A stretch of 64,000 bases of DNA from Treponema sp. (GTDB lineage: Bacteria; Spirochaetota; Spirochaetia; Treponematales; Breznakiellaceae), in assembly GCA_009782495.1 (NCBI GenBank), contig WRIX01000001.1, positions 4,583 to 68,582 on the forward strand. The letters are read 5' to 3'. Positions 26,389 through 34,593 of this stretch are shown here, piece by piece (the first letter of the stretch is position 1; each line of letters begins with the position of its first letter). The position numbers were made by a program, and so were the translations under genes. The notes under the pieces are model-generated. The model saw nothing but the letters and a program-made list of their open reading frames with translations. It was not told where the DNA came from and searched no databases.

Positions 26389-27687
26389 CTATTTACTTTG
26401 CTGAGCTGCGGTTTGTTCGTTGCTCCGTACCAGGCGTTTTGCTATCAGTTTGGAAAGGAATATGCCGTAATGAGGATACTCCCGTATTACATTAATAAAA
26501 GTTTTTTGTGTCAGGAGAATAAGTTTTCCCTGACTTGTTGCCTTGATTGTAGCAGAGCGCCGCTGGTTAAGAAGGAAGGACATTTCTCCCATAAAGATAT
26601 CCTGGGGCGAAAGGGTGCCCACAGGCTGGTTATTGTGGAGAACTTCAAATGTACCGGAAGAAATATAGTACAGGTAATCACTGGGTTCTCCTTCCCGGAG
26701 GACAACATCGCCTTTTTTAACAATAACTATCTGTTCCCGGGAGAAACCAACCGGTACTTCGTGTTCCACCGAAATATCGTGCTTTACAATCAGGGCAACC
26801 TGGTTCCCTGTGGCATTGTATTTTAATTCATGAAAGAGGCTTGCAGCCATCCTGATACCCCGGCCATGAAGACTATACTCGTCCTGTTTGGCTACTTTTT
26901 CCAGATGAGCTTTTACATCAAAACCTTTTCCTTCGTCCTTGATAATAAAGAATGACTTATCCTGATTAATCTCCCAATTAAATGTTACTTTTTTTGCCGC
27001 TACTTCAGGATTTTTGCATTTTTCAGCGATTAGGTCGATGGCGGAAATTCCTTCCTCCAAAGCCCTGGTTTTTTCGTCATAGGAGATGCCGCAGTTTCCA
27101 TGTTCGATGGCATTAACAATAAGCTCAGCCAGAGCCAGTTGAAGGTGCATTTTGCTGTCCGGATTAATAAGCCCTCTTTGCACAAGGATTGTTGCGCCAA
27201 TACCCGAATAAAGAGGCACTGCCAGAAGATCATTGTGTATGGTAAAACTGCCGGAAGCCCCTTCCAGAAGTGTTTTGGTAAATTCCCGGTGAAATATAAT
27301 CTGGTAGTTCTGCTCAATTATCTGAATGCTCTTTACAAGATGTGTTTTAAATCTGTAGTTATCCAGAAGGGTAAGTATATTAATGGATTTATATTTTTTA
27401 ATAAGAGCTTCTTCCGTATCCGTTTCATGGGAATAAAGACCGATAATCCCGAAGTTCAATATCCATTTATCGTCTTTAATATGTTCGATAATGCCCTCTG
27501 TATTGATTTTGGGATCCGAAAAGTTGATTACAACCAGTTCCGGCAGGGCATAATTAAAGAATTCAAGAATTTCTTCATCCTCTGACAGGAAGACCAGATC
27601 ATAATTATGATTTGGAATCTGCTGAAAGACATATTCCGCCGATTTTTTAATTTCCGGGTCTGAATTGACAATACCTAATGTACTCAT
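26389..27687 (-). CDS. Fusion of an RsbW/SpoIIAB-like HATPase domain with a C-terminal cyclic-nucleotide-binding domain
   Basis: LAELIVNAIEHGN, DEGKGFD and GRGI are HATPase_c motifs. GDVVLREGEPSDYLYYISSG...FMGEMSFL...RSATIKA is a cNMP-binding motif. Confidence 0.7.
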   Translation of the reverse strand: MSTLGIVNSDPEIKKSAEYVFQQIPNHNYDLVFLSEDEEILEFFNYALPELVVINFSDPKINTEGIIEHIKDDKWILNFGIIGLYSHETDTEEALIKKYKSINILTLLDNYRFKTHLVKSIQIIEQNYQIIFHREFTKTLLEGASGSFTIHNDLLAVPLYSGIGATILVQRGLINPDSKMHLQLALAELIVNAIEHGNCGISYDEKTRALEEGISAIDLIAEKCKNPEVAAKKVTFNWEINQDKSFFIIKDEGKGFDVKAHLEKVAKQDEYSLHGRGIRMAASLFHELKYNATGNQVALIVKHDISVEHEVPVGFSREQIVIVKKGDVVLREGEPSDYLYYISSGTFEVLHNNQPVGTLSPQDIFMGEMSFLLNQRRSATIKATSQGKLILLTQKTFINVIREYPHYGIFLSKLIAKRLVRSNEQTAAQQSK

Positions 27688-27690
27688 TTT

Positions 27691-30600
27691 CTATTTATCG
27701 GTAGATTCAGGCAATAACACTAATTCTACCGGCCCTCCTGTAAGTAATTCTGCTGTCAGAATGCTAAGTTCTGCCGCTGTTACCGAGCTGTAAAGACCGG
27801 GTCGTTCTGCCAGATGGGACAAGGGTGTACTGGTAATAACGGTAAAATTCGCCAGATTCCGTGCTACAAATCCGTTGTTTTCCATCCCCCGTTCAAAGCT
27901 CTTAACAAGCGCTTCCCGGGATTTGGCAAGAGTTTCTTCATCTGCCGCTCGTGACAGGAATGCGAGTTGTTCTTTTACCGCTTTCCTGAGTTCTTCCTGC
28001 CGCCCGGGATCGCAGATAAAGTAGATTTCCAGAGACAGCTCCCCGACAGGCGCCGGACTAAAAGATGCTCCGGCATAAATAGAATATACCCCGCCCAATT
28101 TTTCACGTATCTCGTCTGTTAAGACAATGTCCAGATAATCATTCAGTACCAGAACAGCAGCATTATCCGCTTCGGTCCAGGTTTTGGAAACAAAATAGCC
28201 CATGTAAACAATGCATTTTTCTTCCTTTCCTTTATATATGATTTTTTCGGTCATCCCGGGCCGCTGTATATTCGGATTAGTCCAGCTGTTCCATCGCGGC
28301 AGGCCGTTATTCGGAATGGCAGCCAAATACATTTCTGTCAGTTCCTGAAGTTCTTCCCTGTCCCCCAGACTGCCTGCAAGAACAAGTGTAAAATCTGCAG
28401 GATTCAGAGCCAGATTTAAAAAGGCCAGGGCTGCTTTTTCGCTTACAGAATCCAAATCCGCAAGTTCCAGGGGCATAAACAACGGATGATTGGAATACAT
28501 CAGCCGGGACAGTTCTTTAGAGAAGAATATTTCCGGACTGTCTCCTTCCTGGAGCAGTCTGGTTCTGTGATAATCCAGTACCAAAGCCAGTCCGTTTTGA
28601 TCGATACGAGGCTGGGTAAACGAACCGTAAAGCAATTGAAATAAATAAGGAAGATCCTTTAACGAGGATGATCCCCGAAGACCGCGTGTATGTGTACCGG
28701 TCCAGAACGACAGTGAAAGCTGTTTATCGGAAAGGAAGTCCATCAATTCCGGTTTGGAAAGGGCTGCAAGGCCGGAAGCGCTTTGTATTTCAGCGGCTAA
28801 TTTCGCGGAATGAAGCGCCTCTTCCTGCGAAAAGTCAAATCCGTCAAGTATTGCTTCGCCGTCCGGGAGTACGGCGCTTACCGTACCGCCGCGGGCCAGA
28901 GCATAAAAATCCAATTCGTTATTTTTATTGGCGGTAGCAACAAGGATAAGTCGCATTCCGTTGCTTAATTCCCAGACCTCTGCTCCCGATTCATCTTTAC
29001 TAACGCTGATAATTGAACCGGGTACGGCAACTTCGCTTAAAAAACCGGAAACAACAACTCGTTCTTTCGGCGGTGTTATATCAGCATCACGGCTTTCTTT
29101 GACCATGCTGATAATGGCTGCTTCGTTGGGAAGTTTTGCAGCTTCAGTTTCCGGGGCTGTGATAATTGCCAGGAGATCATCTTCTGCATAATACGATCGT
29201 ACTGTCGAGTTAATCATTCCCAGCCTGATGCCCGGAAGGAGCTGTTTTACCGCATAGAGTTCCCATTCCGGGTCCAATGCATACTGTTCACGCAAAAAAT
29301 CGGCAGTCAGTTCATTAAGGTATTGTTCCGATTCCCGTCTGTCTTTTTCGGCGGCTATCCTTTCCATATCGGAAAGAAGCGCTCCTTTGGCCCTTTCCAG
29401 CTCTGAACGGGTAAAGCCGTAACGAAGAAGACGTTCTTTTTCCAAAAGTAACGCTTCCAGTGTTTCGCCGCTGCGCCCTGCTTTCGCATTTGCAGCCATA
29501 ATATAGTACCGGGAACTTTGCCCGTAGCGGCTGTTCCAGGAACCGGCTGCCATATAGGGAGTATCTCCGGCGGAAATATTTTCTTCATAACGGAAATCCA
29601 GCATCATTTCTATCAGGTAATCGATTAAAGATTCGCGGTATGCTTCGAGGGTTGCCGATCTGGCCTGGGGACTGCGTTTGTAGTAGAGGTATACAGTCGA
29701 ATCGGGCAGTTCTTCGTCATCCAGCATCATTTCTATCAGGTAATCGATTAAAGATTCGCGGTATGCTTCGAGGGTTGCCGATCTGGCCTGGGGACTGCGT
29801 TTGTAGTAGAGGTATACAGTCGAATCGGGCAGTTCTTCGTCTGTAACTACGGCAGTAACAATCGCTCCCTTTTCCGGATCGGGCAGTTCAAAGTACGGCC
29901 GGGAAAGGGGAGTCTCCGGAACCGGGGCGCTGAAATGAGCGGCCAATTCCTTTTCCAGAACTTCTCCGTTAAAATCACCCACAAGGATTACAGCCATGTT
30001 ATCCGGTCTGTACCAGTGTTGATAAAAACCAATAAGCCTTTCTGCCGGGGCATCCTGGATTATTTCCGGCAGTCCGATTGGAAGACGGTCTGCAAAGCGG
30101 GAACCGCGGAAGATCAATGGCAGGATTTGCCGCCTTATCCTTTCCCGGGCGCCAAGACGGGTACGGTATTCTTCCATTATAACGGAACGTTCTTTGTCTA
30201 CATCATCGGGATTAAAAGTAACGGCCCAGGTCCAGTCGTCAATAATGGCAAGAGCACGCTCAGGTATGCGTTTTATGCCATTTTCGTCCTGTTCAACAGG
30301 AGTTTCTATGCCGTAAACCGTTTCTTCAAAACCCGTATATGCATTTATCTCCGGGCCAAAACGCATTCCCAGGGAACGGAGGTAATTAATCAGTTCCGCT
30401 CCGGGAAAACGCCGTGTTCCGTTAAAAGCCATGTGTTCAACAAAATGGGCAAGCCCCTGTTCATCGTCATTTTCCAGGATGGAGCCGGCATTAACTGCCA
30501 CGGTAAGGTAAGCCCGGCCTCCCGGAAGTGAGTTTTCCAGTATGTAGTAACGCAATCCATTGTCCAGGGTTCCCGTTCGCAGTGTCGCCCAGGCAGGGAG

Positions 30601-30789
30601 GGAATCCGCAGGAGCGCCAAGGTCTCCGTATAAAGAAGTTACAGGAAGTACAAAGAGAGGTGTATTATCTGCAAAAACACTGCCGATAATAAGGGTAAGA
30701 AAAATGATGAATATAGATAAAATTTTTCTGCTTTTGGCTGATTTTTCCGAAAATCCGGCTGATTTTGATATCCTGTTGAAAATATTCAT
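27691..30789 (-). CDS. M16 (pitrilysin/insulinase) family zinc peptidase, secreted
   Basis: HFVEHMAFNG is the inverted zincin HxxEH motif. 1032 aa with a signal/transmembrane N-terminus. Contains a perfect 41-aa tandem duplication. Confidence 0.88.
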   Translation of the reverse strand: MNIFNRISKSAGFSEKSAKSRKILSIFIIFLTLIIGSVFADNTPLFVLPVTSLYGDLGAPADSLPAWATLRTGTLDNGLRYYILENSLPGGRAYLTVAVNAGSILENDDEQGLAHFVEHMAFNGTRRFPGAELINYLRSLGMRFGPEINAYTGFEETVYGIETPVEQDENGIKRIPERALAIIDDWTWAVTFNPDDVDKERSVIMEEYRTRLGARERIRRQILPLIFRGSRFADRLPIGLPEIIQDAPAERLIGFYQHWYRPDNMAVILVGDFNGEVLEKELAAHFSAPVPETPLSRPYFELPDPEKGAIVTAVVTDEELPDSTVYLYYKRSPQARSATLEAYRESLIDYLIEMMLDDEELPDSTVYLYYKRSPQARSATLEAYRESLIDYLIEMMLDFRYEENISAGDTPYMAAGSWNSRYGQSSRYYIMAANAKAGRSGETLEALLLEKERLLRYGFTRSELERAKGALLSDMERIAAEKDRRESEQYLNELTADFLREQYALDPEWELYAVKQLLPGIRLGMINSTVRSYYAEDDLLAIITAPETEAAKLPNEAAIISMVKESRDADITPPKERVVVSGFLSEVAVPGSIISVSKDESGAEVWELSNGMRLILVATANKNNELDFYALARGGTVSAVLPDGEAILDGFDFSQEEALHSAKLAAEIQSASGLAALSKPELMDFLSDKQLSLSFWTGTHTRGLRGSSSLKDLPYLFQLLYGSFTQPRIDQNGLALVLDYHRTRLLQEGDSPEIFFSKELSRLMYSNHPLFMPLELADLDSVSEKAALAFLNLALNPADFTLVLAGSLGDREELQELTEMYLAAIPNNGLPRWNSWTNPNIQRPGMTEKIIYKGKEEKCIVYMGYFVSKTWTEADNAAVLVLNDYLDIVLTDEIREKLGGVYSIYAGASFSPAPVGELSLEIYFICDPGRQEELRKAVKEQLAFLSRAADEETLAKSREALVKSFERGMENNGFVARNLANFTVITSTPLSHLAERPGLYSSVTAAELSILTAELLTGGPVELVLLPESTDK
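29596..29841. repeat. Perfect 123-bp tandem duplication inside the M16 peptidase gene
   Basis: 29596-29718 is identical to 29719-29841. The protein repeats DEELPDSTVYLYYKRSPQARSATLEAYRESLIDYLIEMMLD twice, in frame. Confidence 0.95.
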
Positions 30790-30853
30790 GGTATAAATAT
30801 ATCAAATAATCTTTTTTATTGTTATACTATGTATTGTTATTGTGGAGGTAAAA

Positions 30854-31759
30854 ATGAGACTTTTAACTAGGTCAGATTTTGACGGTCTTGCTTGCGGAGC
30901 CCTGCTTGAATACCTGGGGATTATAGATGATTATAAATTTGTACATCCCAAGGATATACAAGACGGCCTTGTGGAAGCTACTTCCAATGATATTTTAGTA
31001 AATATCCCCTATGTAAAAGGCTGTAAACTTTGGTTTGATCACCATTCAAGTGAGTCCGAACGGCTGGGGAAAGACGTATATTTTGAAGGTTCTTCCCGGA
31101 TTGCTCCCAGTTGCGCAAGGGTAATCTATGATTACTATGACGGGGAAAACAAGTTAAGCCGTTTTGATGAAATGCTCAGTTATGTAGACAGGGTTGATTC
31201 GGGGGAGCTAACAAAAGAAGAAATACTGAACCCGACAGGCTGGATACTCCTGGGCTTTATTATGGACCCAAGAACCGGCCTCGGCCGTTTTCGGGATTTT
31301 ACCATCAGCAATTACGAGTTAATGAAAATTCTTGTCAAAGCCTGTATGAGCAAACCCATTGACGAAATTCTTGCCATGAGCGATATAAAAGAACGGATTG
31401 AAGTATACGAGGAACAGGCGGAAGCTTTTAAGGAGATGATTAAAAAATACGCCAAAGCCGAAGACAATGCCATCGTAGTGGATCTCCGCGGGGTAGAAAC
31501 AATTAATGCGGGCAACCGTTTTTTAATCTATACGCTTTTTCCCGAACAGAATATATCCGTGTGGGTTGTAGACGGTAAAAACAAGCAAAATGTTGCAATT
31601 ACCGTTGGTTACAGCATCATTAATCAAACCGCTCATGTTAATGTGGGAAGTCTGATGCTGAGTTACGGCGGCGGCGGTCATGTCCAGGTAGGCACCTGCC
31701 AGGCGGATTATGCAGATGCCGACCGGGTAATACGGAAAATTATTGACGCAGTAAAGTAA
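30854..31759 (+). CDS. DHH family phosphoesterase
   Basis: DFDG (motif I), FDHH (motif III), GGGGH (DHHA1-like). ATG 30854 is preceded by GGAGG. Confidence 0.65.
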   Translation: MRLLTRSDFDGLACGALLEYLGIIDDYKFVHPKDIQDGLVEATSNDILVNIPYVKGCKLWFDHHSSESERLGKDVYFEGSSRIAPSCARVIYDYYDGENKLSRFDEMLSYVDRVDSGELTKEEILNPTGWILLGFIMDPRTGLGRFRDFTISNYELMKILVKACMSKPIDEILAMSDIKERIEVYEEQAEAFKEMIKKYAKAEDNAIVVDLRGVETINAGNRFLIYTLFPEQNISVWVVDGKNKQNVAITVGYSIINQTAHVNVGSLMLSYGGGGHVQVGTCQADYADADRVIRKIIDAVK

Positions 31760-31843
31760 GGCTCTTTTAACAAGCGTTTTTCTTTACTCATATCCTTGCG
31801 TATTATTTCCCTTACGGATAGCTGTTCTCCGTTTGTATAAATA

Positions 31844-33292
31844 CTACAAACTATCGCCGAAATCCTTGCGGAATTGCTGAACCAGCATATCCGGCCAGTT
31901 TCCCACCGGCTTTAAACGGCCAAAGAAGAAACGCAACACTTTGGGCTCCTCAACAAATTCCAGCCCGCCGATAAGATTACGGTTTTTGAAAAGCCACGCT
32001 ATACGATCGGCTACGTATTTAACCTGCGACAATGTGAACACGCGTTTGGGGAATGCAAGCCGCAACAGTTCCATTTCCGCCAGGCGTTCACTGCCGTCTT
32101 CGTTGCGCTGTTCGCTCATCGTGCCGCGTTCCATACCCCGTATGCCGCCTGCAATAAACACAGCCGATGCCAGCGCACCGGCCCGGTATTGGGTCTGCGG
32201 TATGTGGGAACAGAACTCAGTGGCGTCTATATGACAGCCAAGGCCGCCGGGCGGCGTTACAACGGGAATTCCCTTTGTTTGGAGTTCGTTGCAGAGAGCC
32301 TCTACAAAAATCGGCGTCTGGCTGATCACATCCATGTCCATAGATTCCTGTAAGCCAACCGCCATTGCTTCCATCTCGCGCACCGACATACCGCCGTATG
32401 TAAGAAAGCCTTCGTAGAGCGGCACCATTTCGCGCATTTTAACAAACAGTTCCTCATCGGAAGTAAGGATGCCGCCGCCGCGGGCAGCGCCCAGCTTGCG
32501 CGATGAAAAATAAATAATGTCCGTAAGCGAAGCTATTTCGCGTGTTATGTCTTTGATGTCGGCATCCTTGAATTCCGGATCGCGTATCTTGATAAAATAC
32601 AGGTTGTCGGTTAAAAGGCTTGCATCGTAAATTAACTTGATACCCTCGTTGCGGCAAATCCGGGATACTTCGCGCAGGTTGGTCATGGATACCGGCTGTC
32701 CGCCGACAAGGTTGGTTCCCGCCTCGATGCGTACAAAACTGATTTTTTCTTTTCCAAGCCGCTTGACAGCTTCGGTCAGCTTGCAGATGTCCATGTCACC
32801 CTTGAACAGATTGCTGCTCTGTATCTTGAGCCCTTCATCATTGATCAGTTCTTCGACTGTGCCGCCCATAAGTGAAACGTGCGCCTTGGTTGTTGTAAAG
32901 TGATAGTTCATCAGCGCAACCGATCCCGGCTTTACGATGGTTTGTGCAATGATGTGTTCACAGGCGCGGCCCTGATGTGCGGGAAGAAAATGCTTCATTC
33001 CGAATATGTCCTGCAGAACTTTCTCCAGGCGGAAAAAAGTTTCCGAGCCGGCATAACTGTCATCCGCCTGTAACATGGCGGCATACTGTTTTTCGCTCAT
33101 GGCATTAACACCGCTGTCGGTAAGCATATCAAGGAAAATATCCAGGTTTTTCAGCAGGAATGTGTTAAACCCCGCTTCGCTCATACAGTGCATACGTTTT
33201 TCCACCGGATGCAGATTTATCTTCTGAACCATGCGTACTTTGTGCATCTCCAATGGAATACTTTCTCCGGAAAAGAATTTAAGATTAGGCAT
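31844..33292 (-). CDS. Beta-eliminating lyase (tryptophanase / tyrosine phenol-lyase family)
   Basis: Colinear with TPL/TnaA as I recall them: FLLKNLDIFLDMLTDSGVNAMS, AGSETF, VGGQPVSM, SSRKLG (PLP Lys), REMEAMAVGL. Substrate cannot be decided from the sequence. Confidence 0.8.
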   Translation of the reverse strand: MPNLKFFSGESIPLEMHKVRMVQKINLHPVEKRMHCMSEAGFNTFLLKNLDIFLDMLTDSGVNAMSEKQYAAMLQADDSYAGSETFFRLEKVLQDIFGMKHFLPAHQGRACEHIIAQTIVKPGSVALMNYHFTTTKAHVSLMGGTVEELINDEGLKIQSSNLFKGDMDICKLTEAVKRLGKEKISFVRIEAGTNLVGGQPVSMTNLREVSRICRNEGIKLIYDASLLTDNLYFIKIRDPEFKDADIKDITREIASLTDIIYFSSRKLGAARGGGILTSDEELFVKMREMVPLYEGFLTYGGMSVREMEAMAVGLQESMDMDVISQTPIFVEALCNELQTKGIPVVTPPGGLGCHIDATEFCSHIPQTQYRAGALASAVFIAGGIRGMERGTMSEQRNEDGSERLAEMELLRLAFPKRVFTLSQVKYVADRIAWLFKNRNLIGGLEFVEEPKVLRFFFGRLKPVGNWPDMLVQQFRKDFGDSL

Positions 33293-33453
33293 ATCGATCT
33301 CCTTGTAAAAAATGGTTTTCTGGCAAAATTATGCCGGAGGAAAATTAATGGTGGATTATGGCCCCTCAGAACGAGGGGCTAAGATAGGAGTAACAGTAAC
33401 GGTCAGAAACAAAATTCAAAAGCATTAGGTAATCCAATCATTTTTACATAAAA

Positions 33454-34170
33454 ATGTCAAGCATTTTTTCAAAAAGGAGGTGTTTTTCGGAAGTTTCCAA
33501 AATAAGTTTTTTCGTTTATACTATTACCATGATAACCTTTGGAATTTACTGTCTAACCGGAATCGTTAATCTGGTAAGCGCCTTTTACTTTAAAGAAGGC
33601 TTGCGGAAAATCACAAAATGCTGCCTTATGCCGGCGCTGCTTGTTTTTTACTTTTTTGGAGCGGAGCAAATTCTTGTCCTGGTTATTGCCGCCCTTGTCT
33701 TCAGCTGGGCAGGCGACATCTTCCTTATCAATAAGGATAAACCGCTCTTTTTCAGATTAGGACTGGCAGCGTTTCTGGTAAGCCATATTTTTTACAGCGT
33801 CGCTTTTCTTACTTTGGCGGGAAGCGTCAATAACATGGCGTTGATCATTTCCGTGGTCATCGCTATTCCCCTGGGACTGGCCATGCTGAAACTGCTGAAT
33901 GCCGATCCGCCGATGAAGATTCCGGTTACCGCCTATGCCGTTGTTATTATTCTGATGAGTATATCCGCTTTCCAGCTTATGCTTGCCCGGCCGGGCTTTG
34001 CAGGGATCCTTATCTTTGCGGCAAGCGTAGTTTACCTTTTTTCCGATACCTTTATGGCGTATCTTCTTTTCCACGGCAAACCCAAACACTTCAACGTTAT
34101 TACCATGATTCCCTACATCATAGCCCAGGGAGGCATTATTATGGGATTGGTTTTAGGATCAGTACGGTAA
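33454..34170 (+). CDS. YhhN-family (lysoplasmalogenase-like) membrane protein
   Basis: 238-aa polytopic protein. CLMPALL, WAGDIFL and SDTFMA motifs are typical of YhhN/TMEM86. Confidence 0.7.
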   Translation: MSSIFSKRRCFSEVSKISFFVYTITMITFGIYCLTGIVNLVSAFYFKEGLRKITKCCLMPALLVFYFFGAEQILVLVIAALVFSWAGDIFLINKDKPLFFRLGLAAFLVSHIFYSVAFLTLAGSVNNMALIISVVIAIPLGLAMLKLLNADPPMKIPVTAYAVVIILMSISAFQLMLARPGFAGILIFAASVVYLFSDTFMAYLLFHGKPKHFNVITMIPYIIAQGGIIMGLVLGSVR

Positions 34171-34223
34171 GCAGAAATAACGCAATAATATTCGGGATCA
34201 AGCAAATCTCCATTGCTCTTTAT

Positions 34224-34252
34224 TTGACCAACTTGACCGGATATAATATAAT
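34224..34252 (+). promoter_or_regulatory. Sigma-70-type promoter giving a probably leaderless antitoxin mRNA
   Basis: TTGACC (34224-34229), 17-nt spacer, TATAAT (34247-34252). The ATG lies 7 nt after the -10 element and there is no SD. Confidence 0.55.
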
Positions 34253-34258
34253 AATATT

Positions 34259-34498
34259 ATGAAAACGCTGCAATCGGCAGAGGCTAAAACCCATTTTTCG
34301 TCTATTTTAAAAGATATTGAGGCTGGAAATGAGGTTGCCATAACATATGGTAAGAAGAAAGAAACTATTGCTGTAATAATTCCCTACAAAAAATGGAAAA
34401 AGAGCCGGAAAAGACAATTAGGTTCACTGGAAGGAAAAATATCAGTAAAGTTTGCTGAAGATTTTTCAATGACCGATGAAGAATTAATAAACTTATGA
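34259..34498 (+). CDS. Phd/YefM-family type II antitoxin
   Basis: MKTLQSAEAKTHFSSILKDIEAGNEVAITYGKKKE is a typical Phd/YefM N-terminus. Confidence 0.8.
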   Translation: MKTLQSAEAKTHFSSILKDIEAGNEVAITYGKKKETIAVIIPYKKWKKSRKRQLGSLEGKISVKFAEDFSMTDEELINL

Positions 34499-34563
34499 AT
34501 TATTTAGTTGATACTCACATTCTATTGTGGTCATTGAAAATCGTCTTCATTGACTACCCTTAA
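34495..34563 (+). pseudogene. Truncated VapC/PIN toxin remnant (22 codons)
   Basis: Overlaps the antitoxin stop by ATGA. MNYLVDTHILLWS is the canonical PIN N-terminus including the first acidic residue. The reading frame stops after 22 aa. Confidence 0.7.
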
Positions 34564-34593
34564 TCATGATACTGACCTTTTGGGTGTACAGTT

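Noticed and set aside
29640-29846. 68-aa plus-strand ORF with a duplicated peptide
   Set aside because: Antisense reading of the 123-bp duplication within the M16 peptidase gene.
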